Shown one piece after another: positions 9,057-19,461 of a DNA stretch of 64,000 nt. The stretch's first letter is position 1. Every line of letters begins with the position of its first letter. The notes under the pieces were generated by a model that did no database searches, was not told the DNA's origin, and saw nothing but the letters and a program-made list of their open reading frames with translations. Source of the stretch: Candidatus Saccharimonadia bacterium (GTDB lineage Bacteria > Patescibacteriota > Saccharimonadia > UBA4664); the NCBI GenBank assembly GCA_041743505.1, contig JBGTMQ010000021.1, positions 64,521 to 128,520 on the forward strand. The letters are read 5' to 3'. Made by a program: the position numbers and the translations under genes.

Positions 9057-11450
9057 ATGGATATTACCGTAACCAAGCGTGATGGCTCGAAACAGCCATA
9101 TGACGCCAATAAGATTAACCAAGCACTCGAACGAGCCAGCCGGGGTTTGCCGGATCAGATCAGCATGGTGGTGCAAGTGGCCACCGAGGTTCAGCTGACA
9201 CTGTTTGATGGTATCACCACTGAGCAGCTGGATGAAGCGGTGATCCAAACGGCGCTGCAAAACGTGAAAGACGACCCGGCCTTTGATGTGATTGCAGCCC
9301 GTTTGCTACTAAAGACTATTTACAAAAAAGTACTGGGCGATTATGCCACCGACGATGAGTTGGTGGCTTTGCACCGGGAGAAGTTTGTTGCTTATGTGAG
9401 GGATGGCGTGAAGCACGACTTGCTAGACAAGCGGATGGTCGAGGCGTTCGATCTGGACAAGCTGGCCGGTGCGCTGGTGCCGAGCCGCGACCAATTGATG
9501 AGGTATCTGGGCGTGGTGACAACGCGGAACCGTTACAGTTTGCGGCGAGATAGTGGCGAAGTGATTGAGGTGCCGCAATATACGTTGATGCGGGTGGCGA
9601 TGGGACTATCGTTTCATGAGCCGAATCCGACCGAGTCAGCGATTGGGTTTTATGACCATATGAGCCGACTGGAGTATTTGCCGGGTGGTTCGACGCGGGT
9701 AAACGCCGGCACCAAATATCCGCAGCTGGCTAATTGTTTCCTGATGGAAATGCAGGACGACATGGAGCACATTGCCAAAAGCAACCGTGACGTGATGTGG
9801 ATGACCAAGGGCACGGGCGGGATTGGTTTGGCGGTGACGAAGCTGCGGGCCGAGGGCTCGCCGGTACACAGCAACAACACGTTTTCGAGCGGCCCGATCC
9901 CGTTTATGCACACCGTAGATTCGATTTTGCGGGCGGTATCGCGGAACGGCAAGAAGTTTGGGGCGTTGTGCTTTTACATGGAAAACTGGCACATCGATTT
10001 CCCGGAGTTCTTGGACCTGAAGCAGAATTCCGGCGACCCGTACCGGCGGACGCGGACGGCTAACACAGCGGTGTGGATTAGTGATGAGTTTATGCGGCGG
10101 GCGCAGGCTGACGAGGACTGGTATTTGTTTGACCCAGCCGAGGTGCCGGACTTGAACGAGCTGTATGGCGGTGAGTTTAGTAAGCGGTACTCGGAATATG
10201 TGAAGCGGGCTGAGTCAGGACAGATGCGGGTGTTTAAAAAGATCCGGGCGCGGGAGCAGTTGAAAAGTATATTGATTACGCTGCAAACGACCTCGCATCC
10301 GTGGCTGACCTGGAAAGACACGGTGAACAACCGGGCATTGAATAGCAACACGGGCACGATTCACATGAGTAACTTGTGCACGGAGATTTGCCTGCCACAG
10401 GACCGTGACAATATTGCCGTGTGCAACCTGGCGTCGGTGAACTTGAGCGCGCATTTGTCGGTGGGAGCGGCTGATTTTGACTGGCCGCGATTGGAGGCCA
10501 GCGTGCGGTCGGCGGTACGGCAGTTGGATAACTTGATTGATATTACCGAGGTGCCGATTCCTGAGGCGATGCACTCGAATAAACAAAACCGGGCCATTGG
10601 CCTCGGGATGATGGGCTTCACCGACGCCTGCGAGCGGTTGGGACTGGCGTACGAGAGCGAGGAGGCCTACGGGCTGATGGACAAGCTGGCCGAGTTTATT
10701 AGCTACCAGGCGATAGATGAGAGTGCCCGGCTGGCCAAGGAACGTGGGGCTTACCCGAACTTTGAGGGGTCGCGGTGGAGCCAGGGACTGGTGCCATTTG
10801 ACACACTGAAGCTGACGGCGGCCGACCGCGGGATCAAGATTACGGTGGATCAGGGCGCCACACTGGACTGGGACGCGCTGCGGTCTAAGGTGAAGCGCGG
10901 TATGCGCAATGCGACGCTGATGGCCGTGGCGCCGACGGCCAACATGGCCCACGCGGCCGGGACCACGCCCGGGATTGACCCGCAGTTTTCGCAGATCTTT
11001 AGCCGTGCGACGTTGAACGGTAAGTTTCTAGAGGTTAATGGCAACCTGGTGAACGACTTGAAGGCACTCGGATTGTGGGAGAGCGTGCGAGAGGACATTT
11101 TGCGGGCACAGGGCGATATTCAGGGCATTGAGACAATTCCAGCGCGGGTTAAGGCCATATACAAGACCTCGTTTCAATTGTCGCCGTTGGCGTTTATTGA
11201 GATAGCGGCCCGGGCGCAAAAATGGATTGACCAAGCTATTAGCCGCAACATGTATCTGGAAACGCGCAATGTGGATGAGATGGTGGGTATTTACTCTGCG
11301 GCCTGGGAAAAGGGCCTCAAAACCACCTACTACCTTCACATGAAGCCCCGCCACACCGCCGAGCAGAGCACTGTTAAAGTCAACAAGTCCGCTGATATCG
11401 CTAAAGCCAAGCCGGGATTCGGCTTCGGGTTTTCGAAGCAGCCGTCGTAA
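9057..11450 (+). CDS. nrdA: Ribonucleoside-diphosphate reductase alpha subunit (class I, with ATP cone)
   Basis: ATP-cone N-terminus (VTKRDGSKQPYDANKINQALERAS). Catalytic core (NLCTEI...; C-terminal YYL). CAGGAGGG RBS before the ATG at 9057. The longer ORF from 8757 is an in-frame upstream extension. Confidence 0.9.
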   Translation: MDITVTKRDGSKQPYDANKINQALERASRGLPDQISMVVQVATEVQLTLFDGITTEQLDEAVIQTALQNVKDDPAFDVIAARLLLKTIYKKVLGDYATDDELVALHREKFVAYVRDGVKHDLLDKRMVEAFDLDKLAGALVPSRDQLMRYLGVVTTRNRYSLRRDSGEVIEVPQYTLMRVAMGLSFHEPNPTESAIGFYDHMSRLEYLPGGSTRVNAGTKYPQLANCFLMEMQDDMEHIAKSNRDVMWMTKGTGGIGLAVTKLRAEGSPVHSNNTFSSGPIPFMHTVDSILRAVSRNGKKFGALCFYMENWHIDFPEFLDLKQNSGDPYRRTRTANTAVWISDEFMRRAQADEDWYLFDPAEVPDLNELYGGEFSKRYSEYVKRAESGQMRVFKKIRAREQLKSILITLQTTSHPWLTWKDTVNNRALNSNTGTIHMSNLCTEICLPQDRDNIAVCNLASVNLSAHLSVGAADFDWPRLEASVRSAVRQLDNLIDITEVPIPEAMHSNKQNRAIGLGMMGFTDACERLGLAYESEEAYGLMDKLAEFISYQAIDESARLAKERGAYPNFEGSRWSQGLVPFDTLKLTAADRGIKITVDQGATLDWDALRSKVKRGMRNATLMAVAPTANMAHAAGTTPGIDPQFSQIFSRATLNGKFLEVNGNLVNDLKALGLWESVREDILRAQGDIQGIETIPARVKAIYKTSFQLSPLAFIEIAARAQKWIDQAISRNMYLETRNVDEMVGIYSAAWEKGLKTTYYLHMKPRHTAEQSTVKVNKSADIAKAKPGFGFGFSKQPS

Positions 11451-11470
11451 CTAATAAGAGGGACACCATT

Positions 11471-11671
11471 ATGTTAAACGTAACCACAACTACTAATCCG
11501 GCCGCGAATCTGAGCGAGCAAACGGTGCAAGAGCGGCTAACTGAGATTGCCGCGGCCGTGGCGGCTGCTTCAGGGAGCGGACAAATCATGCCTCAGGCTA
11601 GCCGGCCGCCCCGAGTCCTGGCCTGCCCGATTGATCCGGCCGAGCGGGCGGCTTGCGATAGCTGCCAATGA
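11471..11671 (+). CDS. Small hypothetical protein (66 aa) between nrdA and nrdB
   Basis: GAGGGA RBS. C-x9-C-x2-C near the C-terminus. Not NrdH or NrdI-like. Confidence 0.35.
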   Translation: MLNVTTTTNPAANLSEQTVQERLTEIAAAVAAASGSGQIMPQASRPPRVLACPIDPAERAACDSCQ

Positions 11672-11919
11672 AAGCGGGCTTTGGACGGTGGGGGCGTATT
11701 TCGGGCCGGCGGGCGCGATGTAATTTCGCCTTCCTCCGACCTCGGCGCCTTTTCTAGGCGTCGAACTTAGGGCTACTTTTTGAAAAATAAAAACGGGCCC
11801 AGCGTAAAACGCGAGGCCCGAGTGGACTTGATAGTTTCGCGCGAAGCGAAACGGGCGGTTCCTTCTCACTAATCGATTTCGAGCCGGATAACTTGTGTAT
11901 TAGGCGAAAGCTCGATTGA

Positions 11920-12285
11920 TTATCCCATGCGGATCCGGATCACGGGCGTGTCGGGCGACAGAATCAACTTATCGCCACCATCGGGACGACTCCGTAGGCT
12001 GCCGTTGTCGGTGCCGGTAAAGAAAAGGATTTCGGCCCATTGGTCGTCCAGCTTCCGTAGAAGTCCGGCTTCGGCCTGGACGGCGGAGCTGCCGTCGGAA
12101 CTAGAATCATCATCAGTGATGCGGATAATGAATTGAGCTCCGATGGGCAGGATGGCAAAGGTCCTGTGCCCGGTCGTTGTGCCGGTGATCCGGAGCAATC
12201 TTGGGCGGTCATGCGACACATCACTGAGCGCACGGATTGCCTCTAGCTCGTCGGGCTCGTAGTCTACTTCTGCTCTCTTCCCCAT
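11920..12285 (-). CDS. Hypothetical protein (121 aa) inserted between nrdA and nrdB on the opposite strand
   Basis: AGGA RBS 7 nt upstream. No recognisable domain. Confidence 0.35.
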   Translation of the reverse strand: MGKRAEVDYEPDELEAIRALSDVSHDRPRLLRITGTTTGHRTFAILPIGAQFIIRITDDDSSSDGSSAVQAEAGLLRKLDDQWAEILFFTGTDNGSLRSRPDGGDKLILSPDTPVIRIRMG

Positions 12286-12372
12286 TCGAATTCCTCATCT
12301 TTCAGAGACGGTAGAACAGATAATATATTTTAACAACTATAATTAAATATGTCAATAGTCGAAGGAGAATAA

Positions 12373-13368
12373 ATGGGTATTTTAGGAACCGGCATCCAGG
12401 ATGGATTGCTGCTTAAACCGATACATTATCAATGGGCGTATGACCTATATAACCAGGCGGTGGCTAATACTTGGTTTCCGAATGAGATTCAATTGGGCGA
12501 GGATTTGGGTGACTGGAAAAAGATGAGCGATGAGGAGCGTCATGCGTTGACGTTTTTAATGAGCTACTTTAACCCAAATGAGCTGCTAGTGAATAAGGCG
12601 CTGGCGTTTGGGGTGTATCCGTACATTAATGCGCCAGAGGCTCATTTGTACTTGGCCAAGCAAATGTGGGAAGAGGCCAATCACTGTATGGCGTTTGAGT
12701 ACGTATTAGAGACGTTCCCGATTGACCGAGAACAGGCTTATGAGGCGCATGTGGACGTACCGTCAATGGCGCGCAAGGAGGAGTTTGAGGTCAGGTTTAT
12801 TAAGCGCATGACCGAGCAGACGCTGGATATTACGAGTACTGAGGGTAAGCGCGATTTTGTACGCAATTTGGTGGCTTACAACGTTATTTTGGAAGGCATT
12901 TGGTTTTACTCGGGATTCATGGTGGCTTTGAGCTTTCGGCAGCGGAATTTGTTGCGAAACTTTGGTTCATTGATTGACTGGATTGTGCGGGACGAGAGTT
13001 TGCACTTGAAGTTTGGGATAAATTTGATTTTGACGGTGATGGAAGAGAATGCTGACTTGCAGACACCGGAGTTTGCCGACGAAATTAAGCAGATGATTTT
13101 GGATGGCGTGGAGATGGAGACCGAGTACAACCGGGATTTGTTACCGAGCGGGATTTTGGGTCTGAATGCGGATTATATAAACCAGTATGTGAAGTATTTG
13201 GCGGACCGTCGGCTGGTGGAGTTGGGCTTTGGCGCGCACTATAACGTGAGTAATCCGGCCAAGTGGATGGCCGCAGCTAATGACACGCTCCAACTAGTGA
13301 ATTTCTTTGAAGCCACTAATACCAGTTACGAAGTGAACGCTAATGCGCACAACAAAACGGATAAGTAG
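12373..13368 (+). CDS. nrdB: Ribonucleoside-diphosphate reductase beta subunit
   Basis: Ferritin-like di-iron ligand blocks (EEANHCMAFEYV..., IWFYSGF..., VRDESLH...). Confidence 0.9.
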   Translation: MGILGTGIQDGLLLKPIHYQWAYDLYNQAVANTWFPNEIQLGEDLGDWKKMSDEERHALTFLMSYFNPNELLVNKALAFGVYPYINAPEAHLYLAKQMWEEANHCMAFEYVLETFPIDREQAYEAHVDVPSMARKEEFEVRFIKRMTEQTLDITSTEGKRDFVRNLVAYNVILEGIWFYSGFMVALSFRQRNLLRNFGSLIDWIVRDESLHLKFGINLILTVMEENADLQTPEFADEIKQMILDGVEMETEYNRDLLPSGILGLNADYINQYVKYLADRRLVELGFGAHYNVSNPAKWMAAANDTLQLVNFFEATNTSYEVNANAHNKTDK

Positions 13369-14560
13369 CAGAGCGGCCCTATTGGGGCCGGCGTTTGTGG
13401 CGGCTATTGCCTATGTTGACCCGGGTAATTTTAGTACGAATTTGAGCGCCGGCTCGATGTATGGCTATCTGCTGGTGTGGGTGGTGGTGGCGGCTAATTT
13501 GATGGCTGGATTGGTACAGTATTTGTCGGCCAAGGTGGGCCTGGTGACTGGGCAGTCATTGCCGGAGGTAGTGCGGGACCGACTGCCCCGGTGGCCGCGG
13601 CTGGCGTATTGGGCGCAGGCCGAGATGGTGGCGATTGCGACCGATTTGGCCGAGGTCTTGGGCGGAGCCATTGCGCTGAACTTGCTGTTTGGACTGCCGT
13701 TATTGGTAGGCGGGCTGATTACCGGGTTGGTGTCGTTGGTGTTGTTGGCCAGCCAGAACCGCTATGGTCAACGGCCGTTTGAGCGGATTATTGCCGGGTT
13801 GCTGCTAATTATTCCGGTGGGATTTGTGGCCGGGTTGTGGCTGAAACCACCGGATTTGGCCGGGACGGTGGGTGGCCTGGTGCCGATACTGCAGGGACCG
13901 GACAGCCTGTTGCTAGCGGCCGGGATGCTGGGTGCCACGGTGATGCCGCACGTGATTTATTTGCATTCGGCGCTGGCCCGTGACCGGCATGGACATGTGA
14001 CTGATCCGGCGCGGCTGCGGCGATTACTGGGCGCCACCCGGATCGACGTGGCTATTGCCATGCTGGTGGCGGGTGGCATTAACCTGGCCATGGTGCTGTT
14101 TGCAGCTTCAACGCTGCATGGTGTACCGGGACTTGAGACCATCACTGACATGCATGCTGCTACTGCGGCCGTGCTTGGCGGTGGTGTGGCGACGCTGTTT
14201 GCGGTCGGTTTGCTAGTATCGGGGCTGGCCTCGACGGCGGTGGGCTGTTACGCCGGCGCCGTGATTATGGACGGGTTGTTGAAGCGGCGGATTTCGTTGC
14301 TGGTCCGGCGCGTGGTTACCCTGGTGCCGGCTCTGATTCTGCTTGGCTTTAATGTGGAACCCACTTGGTTGCTGGTGTTGTCGCAGGTCGCATTGTCATT
14401 CGGTATTCCGTTTGCCATTGTGCCTTTGCTGCTTGTGACTAGCCGGCGCAGCATTATGGGTGAGCAGGTAAACTCGCGGCTGGTGACCGGTCTGACTGGT
14501 TTGATTGTGGCGTTGATTGTGGCGTTGAATATCGCTCTGATTGGCCTGACGATTATGTAA
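13343..14560 (+). CDS. mntH: Nramp-family divalent metal (Mn2+/Fe2+) transporter
   Basis: LGPAFVAAIAYVDPGNFSTNLSAG (DPGN motif) and GATVMPH (MPH motif). 11-12 TM. The start overlaps the nrdB end by 26 nt. Confidence 0.85.
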   Translation: MRTTKRISSRAALLGPAFVAAIAYVDPGNFSTNLSAGSMYGYLLVWVVVAANLMAGLVQYLSAKVGLVTGQSLPEVVRDRLPRWPRLAYWAQAEMVAIATDLAEVLGGAIALNLLFGLPLLVGGLITGLVSLVLLASQNRYGQRPFERIIAGLLLIIPVGFVAGLWLKPPDLAGTVGGLVPILQGPDSLLLAAGMLGATVMPHVIYLHSALARDRHGHVTDPARLRRLLGATRIDVAIAMLVAGGINLAMVLFAASTLHGVPGLETITDMHAATAAVLGGGVATLFAVGLLVSGLASTAVGCYAGAVIMDGLLKRRISLLVRRVVTLVPALILLGFNVEPTWLLVLSQVALSFGIPFAIVPLLLVTSRRSIMGEQVNSRLVTGLTGLIVALIVALNIALIGLTIM

Positions 14561-14812
14561 CTACCAGGAACTGCCGCCCCGGGCTCGCCGGCGCGTTTCG
14601 TCGGCTTGCTGCGATAAGGCGGCTGCCTCGGCATTATTCTCCTGCACAGCTTCGCTGCTGGCCTGGCGATCAAGGGCGTCGGCCTCGGCGAGCATGGCCG
14701 CTTCGGCCATACGGGCTTGCGACTTTAGACTACTAGCCTCCGACTTTAAGGCATCTGCCTGGCGTTCTTTTTCTACTGCATCATCATATAATTCAACTGG
14801 ATCGGCCATCAT
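14561..14812 (-). CDS. Small coiled-coil protein (83 aa)
   Basis: AGAGG RBS. Ala/Glu-rich heptad-like sequence. Confidence 0.4.
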   Translation of the reverse strand: MMADPVELYDDAVEKERQADALKSEASSLKSQARMAEAAMLAEADALDRQASSEAVQENNAEAAALSQQADETRRRARGGSSW

Positions 14813-15302
14813 TACCTCTATTTATTCCAGCGCTTATCCTAATATGGGGCTTTGTCATGTGCATTGGTTATTCTCACGAGTAAAGCCCGCACCCAATGAA
14901 CAGATGCGGGCTTATTGGTGATAATTAGCCATCGTGATGGTCGTGCTCGTCGGTCCGGGCGTCTTGTATGCGATGGGCTTCGGCGTCGGGATCGGTGGCG
15001 TCAGGTTCAACGCTGTCATCATCAGGGTCGTAGCCGGCTGTGGTTATGACTCCCCCTTTTTACTGGTCGTTGTGGAGCAGGCTATTCCTCGTCCTCACTT
15101 CCGATCACAATGATCACCTCTTCGACAACTTCGCCATTTGAAGTTTCTCGGTCGCTACTCATGGCATTCCCCTTGCTTTTAGACCGGCTTTTGGAGACTT
15201 TGAGCGTCAGTCGGACTGACTGTAAGTAGCTTTGCCCTTTGATTACTTGCGTCTATGTTTGGCAGAAGCAATTGGTATTTTATATTAGCACCTGCTTGGT
15301 TG

Positions 15303-16658
15303 CTAGGGTTTTGTCGAGACACAGGTGCCGGCCACTGGTATGTCATTGGTGAGGTTGCTCATCCAGAGCAAAGTGTCGGCCAGGCTAATTGCCATGGTGC
15401 TGTAATGAGTGGCGCTGGGCCATACCCTTAGCTGTGCCGGCCCTTGGGAATTTGGGCAGATGCGCTTCATGGCGGCCTCTTGCTGGGACGGCAGGACTAC
15501 GTTGTCGTGTGCGCCCTCATTAATGAGCTTGGCGCTGTCGGTTTTAGCACTGCCGACAATATTGATGTCAAGCCGTTTCTTGAATTGCCGGTATGGACCG
15601 CTATTCAGACCGTCACGCAGGCTGGCCAGGAATTCGGGTGTGTAGACCGCGCTGGGGGTGTGACCCCAATAGGATAAGTTGGTGTCGATACAGTGGGACA
15701 GCACATCGGAGCGCAAGTTCTGGCGAAAACGTGGCTGTAACATGGTGGTTAGATCATAATCGTCGCGGTAATAGTCGGCGTAGCTAGTCAGGACGTAGGG
15801 GCCGAACCAATTGATGTTTGCCGAATGCAGAATGTCGGCCAGTGTCTGGCGGACATCCATGACCGGACCAAAACCGACGACACCGCTGATACCCAGCTCC
15901 GGTGCGTAGTCCTCGGCGATCTGGTCAGCCCAGAACGCGCTATGACCGCCTTGTGAATAACCACCCAGGAAGACATGGCTAGCATCGAGTGCATCGGTGC
16001 CTTGATTGAGATTGATGAGCGCCCGGACGCTATCGAGGACCGCGCGGCCCTCCAAGGCACCAACCATGTAGTGGTGGATGCGGTTAGGGTCACGCATGCC
16101 TTCGTAATCGGTAATGACTGTGGCATAACCCTGGCCGGCGTAGGTGACCATGTGCGACTGATAGTTGGCCCAGTTGGCCTTGGCCGGGTTCTCCAGGCTG
16201 GGCGCACATTGATCGCCGACGCCGACGGTGCCCGTGGCAAAGCCAAAGATAGGCGCACTCGTTTTGCCGACCGGCTGATACACCCGCGCGTAAACCTTAA
16301 TTGGCGTGCCGTCCTCCAGGTACGAGCGGTATTGCAGTTCGGTTTTGGCGACGCCGAAAACCGGTTTGGGCGTATGGGTGGTGTAGTTTTGGTGCGATAA
16401 GGCCTCCACTTCCTCGGGCGTGAAGTTGACGACCGTGCTCTGCGATAAAATCTTACCGGCGTCGACCATGGCCGGCTTTGGCTTAGCGATGGGGGTTATC
16501 GGCGTTTTGGGTTGAGGACGCAATACCGAATACGCCTCAAACACAATCATGACCCCAATAACTAGCGCCGTAGTCAAGATGAGTCGCCGGCGGGTACGCT
16601 GCAGACGGCGCTTAACGACTAAGGTCGTAGGCGAGGACGTATTTCGTGTATTGTCCAT
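15303..16658 (-). CDS. Secretory lipase (LIP family) / alpha-beta hydrolase with N-terminal membrane anchor
   Basis: GYSQGG nucleophile elbow. Conserved LIP-family blocks. N-terminal TM. Confidence 0.65.
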   Translation of the reverse strand: MDNTRNTSSPTTLVVKRRLQRTRRRLILTTALVIGVMIVFEAYSVLRPQPKTPITPIAKPKPAMVDAGKILSQSTVVNFTPEEVEALSHQNYTTHTPKPVFGVAKTELQYRSYLEDGTPIKVYARVYQPVGKTSAPIFGFATGTVGVGDQCAPSLENPAKANWANYQSHMVTYAGQGYATVITDYEGMRDPNRIHHYMVGALEGRAVLDSVRALINLNQGTDALDASHVFLGGYSQGGHSAFWADQIAEDYAPELGISGVVGFGPVMDVRQTLADILHSANINWFGPYVLTSYADYYRDDYDLTTMLQPRFRQNLRSDVLSHCIDTNLSYWGHTPSAVYTPEFLASLRDGLNSGPYRQFKKRLDINIVGSAKTDSAKLINEGAHDNVVLPSQQEAAMKRICPNSQGPAQLRVWPSATHYSTMAISLADTLLWMSNLTNDIPVAGTCVSTKP

Positions 16659-17124
16659 CCGGTATCTTCTCGATTAGTCTAAATCCTTGGCGCGCATAAT
16701 ACTTGGCATGATCGTGGGTGACAAGGCTAGCAGTGTGGGCCCCTCGGGCCGCCATCTCCTTAAGACCCCGGGACAGGAGCTGCAGGCCAATGTTTTGTCC
16801 CCGGTAGGCAGGATCCACGAACAACCAGTACATCTGGCCATTTTTGTCCCGGGGTACACTGGCGATAATATAACCGATAATTTTGGCGTTATCCTTGGCT
16901 ACTAAAATGATCCGGCGGGGATGCACGGCTGCCCAGGCCATACCGACGAGCGTATTGTCGGCCAGGACAGACTGCTTGTATGAATCATCGAAATGCTCGA
17001 AATGCGCCATGAGTGCGTCGACAAATACCTGATGGACCCGCCGTGCATCACGCAAACGCATTGGTTTTACGGTTACTGCTATACCTGCCGTCTGATTATC
17101 CTGAGTCCCGCTTGCCTGCTTCAT
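16612..17124 (-). CDS. GNAT-family N-acetyltransferase
   Basis: Acetyl-CoA motif YRGQNIGLQLLSRGLKEMAARG. Confidence 0.75.
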   Translation of the reverse strand: MKQASGTQDNQTAGIAVTVKPMRLRDARRVHQVFVDALMAHFEHFDDSYKQSVLADNTLVGMAWAAVHPRRIILVAKDNAKIIGYIIASVPRDKNGQMYWLFVDPAYRGQNIGLQLLSRGLKEMAARGAHTASLVTHDHAKYYARQGFRLIEKIPDGQYTKYVLAYDLSR

Positions 17125-17146
17125 TCTGTAACTAGTGTACCATCCC

Positions 17147-17602
17147 TTACTGAACTGTCACACGGGTAGTTTGAGCAGGGTTGAGATGGTTATGCAGGCC
17201 AAAGCTGCCTTTTTTAGTTGCGGTTACCGTTTTACTCTGACCGGGCTCAAGTTTACCCACATTTAGCTCAGAATTGTCTGTGTGCGCCGGGTGGTTGTCG
17301 GAGTTGGGGTCAACCACTTTGGAGGACTTATTAATAAAGGTGATGGTCTCGCCGGCCTTAACGGTTGTTTGGTTAGGTATAAACATATTGCCGTCATAGG
17401 CAATAGTGGGCTGGGTCTTGGCGGCGGGCGAAGCCGACGCCAAGGGTGAAGCTGGTGAGCTGGCCGTGGTGGCCGGCGACGGACTGGGAGACGGACTGCT
17501 GGCCGGACTGTGGGCAGTACGCGTAAGCGCGAAGACGAGTATAGCCAGAATGAGCACCGCCACTGCCACAGCCACGGCCGCTATTGTTGTCGGGCGCGCC
17601 AT
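17147..17602 (-). CDS. Secreted/anchored cupredoxin-like domain protein with Ser/Pro-rich linker
   Basis: N-terminal TM, low-complexity SP linker, C-terminal beta-sandwich-like 90 aa (TVKAGETITFINKS...GSFGLHNHLNP). Confidence 0.4.
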   Translation of the reverse strand: MARPTTIAAVAVAVAVLILAILVFALTRTAHSPASSPSPSPSPATTASSPASPLASASPAAKTQPTIAYDGNMFIPNQTTVKAGETITFINKSSKVVDPNSDNHPAHTDNSELNVGKLEPGQSKTVTATKKGSFGLHNHLNPAQTTRVTVQ

Positions 17603-17782
17603 ACGTCCCTCCTGCTATTATCTTTGATAGGCCTCATTATAACTTAGATGGTTTCGGGAATAAAAATACGGTGAGTAGAATGCCAATCCGGCATCCCGCT
17701 CACCGTTTCGAGGCTCTTCCGGGGCGAAGCTTGATTCGGTCATGTAACCGGATGCGGAGGGCGAACGGCAGACCGAGCCCTC

Positions 17783-18532
17783 CTAGTTTCCGAGTGCGGA
17801 TCCGCGTTGCCAGCCGAGCCGTCTGAGTAATTCAATGAGATTCTCGAGCTCAGTGGCCGCCGGCTGATTACTCGCCGCGCGGGTACGAAGAAGTTTGATC
17901 CGATCCGGTGTAAAGCTCGCAAGCCGTGTGCCCGGCTTGACGCCAATACTTGCGAGCTTGGAGGCTATGTAGCCGTTGTCTACTTGGGCAACTGTGGTGG
18001 AATTAGCGAGCGGAGCAAAATCAAGCTCGAAGTAAGATAGAGCCTCCCTGACCGCCTGAAAATCAAACCAACCCAGCCGGTTGTAGGCTTCGAGCTCACT
18101 CATGCGGGTAAGGCTTGTCAGGCAGCTAAAGCCCATCTTCCGCAGCCGTTTATAGGCCTGCGGACTGAGTTCAAGGAGCTCGATACTGCTACTGTAACCG
18201 GGGCTGCCGGCTAAACTCAATTCTCGTAGGGCGAGTGCCCGGATAATCCTCCGGTAGCTGAAAAGATCCACTGCAAGATCTTCTCTCAGATATTGCTCGG
18301 TTAGCGCCGCAAGCTCTGACGCAGTGCCGACACCAGCCTTTGTCAATGAGGTTGTGAGCTGGGCACTAAGCCCGAGTTCGCGCAGCTCAGTTGATGTCTG
18401 CCGGCACTTAACATCGATGATGCTGACATCATCGAAATATTCAAGAAGGCCTTCTAGTTGTCTTCGGACTGTGTTTTCGTTACCCTGGCAACGAAAAGTG
18501 ACTTTAAAGATGAGCTCTGTCACGCTACCCAT
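17783..18532 (-). CDS. Hypothetical protein with HhH-like repeats
   Basis: Repeated L..LGLS..L...L.KAG segments reminiscent of RNAP-alpha-CTD-like HhH. Confidence 0.35.
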   Translation of the reverse strand: MGSVTELIFKVTFRCQGNENTVRRQLEGLLEYFDDVSIIDVKCRQTSTELRELGLSAQLTTSLTKAGVGTASELAALTEQYLREDLAVDLFSYRRIIRALALRELSLAGSPGYSSSIELLELSPQAYKRLRKMGFSCLTSLTRMSELEAYNRLGWFDFQAVREALSYFELDFAPLANSTTVAQVDNGYIASKLASIGVKPGTRLASFTPDRIKLLRTRAASNQPAATELENLIELLRRLGWQRGSALGN

Positions 18533-18679
18533 GGCGCTCCATTCGGAGGATGTAGGGGCACTTCAGTCTGATGTTTATATCACCGTTTTTTACTTTCGTC
18601 CAGATGACTCTTGCCGCTAAACTGAAATTCCGCTCCAGATTGTAGTCCGGAGCGGAATAGGTAATGCCACCGCTGACTG

Positions 18680-19303
18680 TTATTTCAGCTTGGCGGTAAG
18701 CGAGACAAGATGACTGCGGCCTTGCAACCTATCCCACTTGAAAACCGCAAAGGCGTACGGTGGTGGCGATTGCTCGAGGTAGTAGTCGGTATAATGCCCG
18801 ACATAGGCTGCCGGCGACACGAAGCCAGGGCCTGACCAGGCCAGTAATTCCGCGGCCTGACCTGGGGTTAGCTGGTCAATTGCTACCAGACAATGGAGGC
18901 CGGGGTACTGGACATTACGGGCATAATAGTGCCGGTCCACGTAACGATGATCAAAGCCAGGGCCGGCCAGTACTAACTCGGGCCTCGTCCAGTAGCGGAC
19001 CTGCCCATCCTCAATGTCTGCCATTAGCGTAGACCCCGCAGCAGGTTGGCGCATATTGTAATGTTTGCTGGCAGGATGATCGCCGGGCTTAACGAAATGG
19101 AGCGAGCCGTCGATCTCTTTGACGGGAACACGGCTATCGGTGCCGGCGAATGGATAGGTGTGCCCATCCATCAGTCTCAGCCGGCCGGCAATTACGGGGT
19201 CTTGGCCGGACACCTGATCATAACCTGGATCGACGCTCACTACGATAGCAAATTGCAGAGCACCCCTGGCAAGTGCGCATGGCCTTGTCGATGGCCGCAC
19301 CAT
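18680..19303 (-). CDS. Hypothetical protein
   Basis: ORF 18680..19393 with a probable internal start (MVRPSTRP...). Confidence 0.4.
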   Translation of the reverse strand: MVRPSTRPCALARGALQFAIVVSVDPGYDQVSGQDPVIAGRLRLMDGHTYPFAGTDSRVPVKEIDGSLHFVKPGDHPASKHYNMRQPAAGSTLMADIEDGQVRYWTRPELVLAGPGFDHRYVDRHYYARNVQYPGLHCLVAIDQLTPGQAAELLAWSGPGFVSPAAYVGHYTDYYLEQSPPPYAFAVFKWDRLQGRSHLVSLTAKLK

Positions 19304-19461
19304 ACCACAACCTCCTTGGTCTGTTGGTGGGCATGTAGCTGACAATTGTGAAGTCTCATCCGCATTACGCGGATGATGCAAACGATAGCACAAAACTTGA
19401 CGCGGTTTATAGTCTTATTTATAGTGGCTTGGCCATTTCCCATCCCGAGAGTGGGTTTGTG

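Noticed and set aside
9636-11354. Multiple minus-strand ORFs (9636..9992, 10215..10952, 11028..11354) inside nrdA
   Set aside because: They are antisense to a highly conserved gene, with no RBS or domain similarity. They are typical high-GC antisense open frames.
13343-13368. Possible error in the mntH start because it overlaps the nrdB 3' end
   Set aside because: The Nramp conserved N-terminal block begins within 15 residues of this Met, so a short 26-nt overlap is more plausible than a later start. This start was kept.
19348-19461. Upstream start (19348) for the MpaB/DUF2236 gene
   Set aside because: The conserved DUF2236 N-terminus aligns from about MRSLRL (19462). The extension would overlap the divergent promoter region. 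It is retained only as an alternative.
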